Source: Bacteroidales bacterium (GTDB lineage Bacteria; Bacteroidota; Bacteroidia; Bacteroidales; CAIWKO01). Taken from it: a DNA stretch of 20,000 bases. The position numbers and the translations under genes are program-made. The notes below the pieces were generated by a model. The model was not told where the DNA came from. It was given only the letters and a program-made list of their open reading frames with translations, and did not search any database. How positions within the stretch are numbered: position 1 is the first letter of the stretch; each line of letters opens with the position of its first letter. Shown here one piece after another: positions 16,335 through 20,000 of this stretch. The stretch is from positions 48,898 through 68,897 of the forward strand of contig DAOORA010000019.1 in the NCBI GenBank assembly GCA_035389045.1, written 5' to 3'.

Positions 16335-19208
16335 ATGCATGATCTTTTACAACATACTGACATAGCAGAGGAACTTCTGTACGGGGATGAGTCAAAACTA
16401 TCAATTTATGGCGCACGGGTGCATAACCTCAAAAATATCGATCTGGTCATTCCCCGTGAGAAATTGGTCGTAATAACCGGTTTGAGTGGCAGCGGAAAAT
16501 CTTCCCTGGCTTTTGATACGATTTATGCCGAAGGGCAAAGACGGTACCTTGAAACTTTTTCAAATTATATAAGGCAGTTCATTGGAAATATCGAAAGGCC
16601 TGATGTGGATAAGATCACCGGCCTTTGCCCGGTGATTTCCATAGAGCAAAAATCCTCGAACAAAAATCCCCGGTCCACCGTGGGAACAATTACCGAGATC
16701 TATGATTTTTTAAGGCTTCTGTATGCCCGCACTTCTGATGCATATTCATATGTAACAGGAGAAAAAATGATCCGTTACAGTGAGCAGCAGATCAATGACC
16801 TGATCTTGCAGAAATACATCAATAAAAATATTATTTTACTTGCCCCAAAAGTCAAGGGCCGTAAAGGGCATTACCGTGAACTTTTTGAACAGATACGCCG
16901 GCAGGGCTATGTTAAAGTTCGTGTTGATGGAGCGATTAGGGACATAAACCACGGCATGCAGCTTGACCGCTATAAAATGCATGATATCGAAGTAGTTATA
17001 GATACCATTTCCATCAAAGAGGAAAATAAATCACGGCTGTCACATTCCGTTCAGTCTGCGCTGAAACTCGGCAAAAACTCCCTGATGGTTGCCGATGTGG
17101 AATCCGGCTACGTGCAGCATTTCAGCCGAATGCTGATGTGCCCGGTGAGCGGAATTTCGTATGAAGAGCCGGAACCCAATACCTTTTCTTTTAATTCGCC
17201 ATACGGCGCTTGCCCCAAATGTACAGGGCTGGGAGAGATACTGGAAGTGGACATGAAAAAGATCATTCCTGATTTTTCAAAAAATATCCACGACGGAGGA
17301 ATTATCCCCATTGGCGTCTATAAAAGCAATTGGATATTTCATCAATTGGAAGCCATCGGAAAACGTTATGATTTTACCCTCGAAACACCGCTGAACAACT
17401 TATCAGAAAAAGCAATTAATATTATCCTTTATGGTACCGACGAACTGTTTTCAGTCAAAAATGAGTACCTGGGGGTATCTGCCCCTTATAAAATGAACTT
17501 TGAGGGCATTATCAATTTTATTGTTAATCAGAATAATGATACTTCATCACCCGCGATAAAAAAATGGGCGGGAAATTTCATGAACAAAACCGTATGTCCC
17601 GAATGTAAAGGGGCTCGGTTAAAAAAAGAATCACTGTTTTTCAGGATCAATAATAAAACAATAGCCGATCTGGCCGGCAGTGATTTATACAAATTACAGC
17701 AATGGTTTCATGAAGCAGAACATTTTTTCGAGCCTTCCCGGTATCAGATAGCTTATGAAATAATTCGCGAAATTCAAAACAGGATAAAGTTTTTATTGGA
17801 TGTGGGCCTTGATTATCTCACACTCAACCGGCCGGCCGCTTCGCTTTCGGGAGGGGAATCACAGCGTATAAGACTGGCCACACAGATAAGTTCTCAGCTG
17901 GTCAATGTTTTATATATTCTTGATGAACCGAGTATCGGCTTGCATCAACGGGATAACCACCGGTTGATAACGGCGCTGAAAGAACTGCGCGATGTAGGTA
18001 ATTCGGTCATTGTGGTAGAACATGATAAAGATACCATGCTTGCTGCCGACCATCTGATCGACATAGGCCCCGGCGGAGGAATTAACGGCGGATATGTTGT
18101 GGCCCAGGGGACGCCAGCCGAGGTGATGAAAACACAAAGCCTTACCTCTCTTTATCTTAATGAAATAAAACAGATCAGGGTCCCGGCCGAACGACGAAAA
18201 GCGAATGGCACAGAGTTAAAACTAGTCGGTGCCTGTGGTAATAACTTAAAAAATATTACGGTCAGTTTTCCGTTGGGCACGTTCATTTGTGTCACTGGTG
18301 TTTCGGGAAGCGGTAAATCTACCCTGATCAATCAGACCTTATATCCTGTTTTAAGCAGGCATTTTTACCGGTCCGAGCATAAAACACTTGAATATAAGAA
18401 GATTGAAGGTTTAAAAAATATTGATAAAGTAATAGAGATAGACCAAAGCCCGATTGGCCGTACACCTCGTTCCAATCCTGCAACATACACCGGAGTGTTT
18501 GATGATATACGCAAATTATTCGTACAGGTCCCGGAATCTAAAATACGCGGTTACCTGCCTGGAAGATTTTCATTCAATGTAAAAGGCGGACGTTGTGAAA
18601 CCTGCGGAGGCGCCGGCATGAAGGTCATTGAAATGAATTTTTTACCCGACGTATATATCCCATGTGAGCATTGTAACGGAAAACGTTATAACCGCGAAAC
18701 ATTGGAAATAAAATATAAAGGAAAGTCAATCTGTGACGTGCTGGAAATGAATATTGATGCTGCCGTGGATTTCTTTTCCCAGATACCATCCATCCTGCAG
18801 AAAATCAAAACACTTCATGATGTAGGACTGGGATATATAAGACTTGGACAGCAGTCGACAACTTTATCGGGCGGTGAAGCACAAAGGGTAAAACTGGCGA
18901 CGGAACTCTCCAAAAAAGACACGGGCCGTACCTTGTACATTCTTGATGAGCCTACCACAGGATTACATTTCGAAGATATCAACGTCCTGCTGAACGTTCT
19001 GAACAAACTGGTTGAAAAGGGGAATACGGTTATTGTTATTGAACATAATATGGATGTGATCAAAATGGCTGATCATATCATCGATCTCGGACCGGAAGGC
19101 GGTGACCGCGGGGGGCAGATCATATGCGAAGGAAGCCCCGAATCTATAATTAACTGTGCTGAAAGTCATACCGCCACATTTTTAAAACCAATACTACAAA
19201 AACAATAA
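16335..19208 (+). CDS. uvrA: Excinuclease ABC subunit A
   Basis: It has [10 protein letters not shown], two Walker A motifs ([16 protein letters not shown]), two LSGGE signatures and CxxC zinc modules, in 957 aa. Confidence 0.98.
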   Translation: MHDLLQHTDIAEELLYGDESKLSIYGARVHNLKNIDLVIPREKLVVITGLSGSGKSSLAFDTIYAEGQRRYLETFSNYIRQFIGNIERPDVDKITGLCPVISIEQKSSNKNPRSTVGTITEIYDFLRLLYARTSDAYSYVTGEKMIRYSEQQINDLILQKYINKNIILLAPKVKGRKGHYRELFEQIRRQGYVKVRVDGAIRDINHGMQLDRYKMHDIEVVIDTISIKEENKSRLSHSVQSALKLGKNSLMVADVESGYVQHFSRMLMCPVSGISYEEPEPNTFSFNSPYGACPKCTGLGEILEVDMKKIIPDFSKNIHDGGIIPIGVYKSNWIFHQLEAIGKRYDFTLETPLNNLSEKAINIILYGTDELFSVKNEYLGVSAPYKMNFEGIINFIVNQNNDTSSPAIKKWAGNFMNKTVCPECKGARLKKESLFFRINNKTIADLAGSDLYKLQQWFHEAEHFFEPSRYQIAYEIIREIQNRIKFLLDVGLDYLTLNRPAASLSGGESQRIRLATQISSQLVNVLYILDEPSIGLHQRDNHRLITALKELRDVGNSVIVVEHDKDTMLAADHLIDIGPGGGINGGYVVAQGTPAEVMKTQSLTSLYLNEIKQIRVPAERRKANGTELKLVGACGNNLKNITVSFPLGTFICVTGVSGSGKSTLINQTLYPVLSRHFYRSEHKTLEYKKIEGLKNIDKVIEIDQSPIGRTPRSNPATYTGVFDDIRKLFVQVPESKIRGYLPGRFSFNVKGGRCETCGGAGMKVIEMNFLPDVYIPCEHCNGKRYNRETLEIKYKGKSICDVLEMNIDAAVDFFSQIPSILQKIKTLHDVGLGYIRLGQQSTTLSGGEAQRVKLATELSKKDTGRTLYILDEPTTGLHFEDINVLLNVLNKLVEKGNTVIVIEHNMDVIKMADHIIDLGPEGGDRGGQIICEGSPESIINCAESHTATFLKPILQKQ

Positions 19209-19245
19209 AAAAAAAATTAAATAGTTATATAAAAAAAATATTGTC

Positions 19246-19950
19246 ATGCACACACTCAACGAGAAAGAAACGGAACAGGTAAAAGAGGCCTTCAAACAAA
19301 AGGATTGGCAGGAAGTTAAAATCAATGATTCCTGGCAGATCTTTAAAGTGATGTCTGAATTTGTCGATGGCTTTGAAAAACTTACAAAAATAGGCCCTTG
19401 CGTCACCATTTTCGGCTCTGCCCGGACGCCTACGAACCATAAGCATTATGAACTTGCTCAGGACATTGCCTATAAACTGACCAAAGCAGGCTTTGGTGTA
19501 ATTACCGGCGGCGGCCCGGGTATAATGGAAGCCGGTAACAAAGGCGCTCATTTTGGCAAGGGCAAATCGGTCGGACTGAATATTGAACTGCCTTTTGAAC
19601 AAGATGCCAATGAATACATTGATAAGGACAAAAGTCTTTCGTTTGATTACTTTTTTGTCCGCAAAGTCATGTTTGTAAAATATGCTCAGGGTTTTATTGT
19701 TATGCCCGGAGGCTTCGGCACGCTGGACGAGTTTTTTGAAGCTGTCACCCTCATTCAGACCAAAAAAAATGTGAATTTTCCCGTGGTGCTCGTTGTGAGG
19801 GACTACTGGCAGGGATTGATCGATTGGATGAAGGATAAATTAGTCGGCGAGAAAAATATCAGCCCTGATGACCTTGATATTTTTGAGGTGGTTGATACTG
19901 CAGATGAAGCTGTAAAATGTATTGAAGATTTTTACAGGGAATATTCGTAA
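19246..19950 (+). CDS. LOG family (TIGR00730-type) nucleotide phosphoribohydrolase
   Basis: It contains FGSAR, TGGGPGIMEA, FFVRK and the PGGFGTLDE signature. Confidence 0.92.
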   Translation: MHTLNEKETEQVKEAFKQKDWQEVKINDSWQIFKVMSEFVDGFEKLTKIGPCVTIFGSARTPTNHKHYELAQDIAYKLTKAGFGVITGGGPGIMEAGNKGAHFGKGKSVGLNIELPFEQDANEYIDKDKSLSFDYFFVRKVMFVKYAQGFIVMPGGFGTLDEFFEAVTLIQTKKNVNFPVVLVVRDYWQGLIDWMKDKLVGEKNISPDDLDIFEVVDTADEAVKCIEDFYREYS

Positions 19951-19992
19951 GCATACGGTAAACAGCATCTTTCCCACAAAAGAAGTTTGAAC

Positions 19993-20000
19993 TATTTTTG
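19993..20000 (+). promoter_or_regulatory. Possible -7 promoter element (TATTTTTG) for a gene beyond the window
   Basis: Matches TAnnTTTG at the window edge. The downstream gene is not visible. Confidence 0.25.

Noticed and set aside
19207..19245. A-rich spacer between uvrA and the LOG gene as a terminator or regulatory site
   Set aside because: There is no GC-rich stem. It is consistent with an ordinary A-rich Bacteroidota translation-initiation region.
79..19602. Minus-strand and alternate-frame short ORFs in the track (e.g. 6534-6917, 12812-13279, 19225-19602)
   Set aside because: All overlap well-supported + strand genes and show no recognisable motifs, so they are treated as shadow ORFs.

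Overview
This is a Bacteroidota-like chromosomal window, judged from TAnnTTTG-type promoter motifs, a TonB-dependent receptor with an N-terminal CarboxypepD_reg-like extension, and surface-lipoprotein signals. It holds 16 tightly packed CDS, all on the + strand. In order: (1) a 5'-truncated LpxD-family acyltransferase; (2) a five-gene, apparently co-transcribed module at 908-5738 encoding a ModE-like winged-helix regulator without a molybdate-binding domain, a stand-alone TiaS N-terminal (DDTD) domain enzyme, a solitary 6-TM ECF S-component-like protein, a lipoprotein and a TonB-dependent receptor; (3) lpdA; (4) a partial surface-polysaccharide cluster (AsnB-type amidotransferase, GT4, Wza, Wzc, RmlC, WecA/MraY-like transferase); (5) an SLT lytic transglycosylase, uvrA and a LOG-family protein. 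The most interesting item is the 908-5738 module, which looks like an uncharacterised import-and-activate (salvage) system for a cofactor- or nucleoside-like molecule. I saw no RNA genes, CRISPR arrays or mobile elements. All family calls come from motif recognition by eye, not from database searches.
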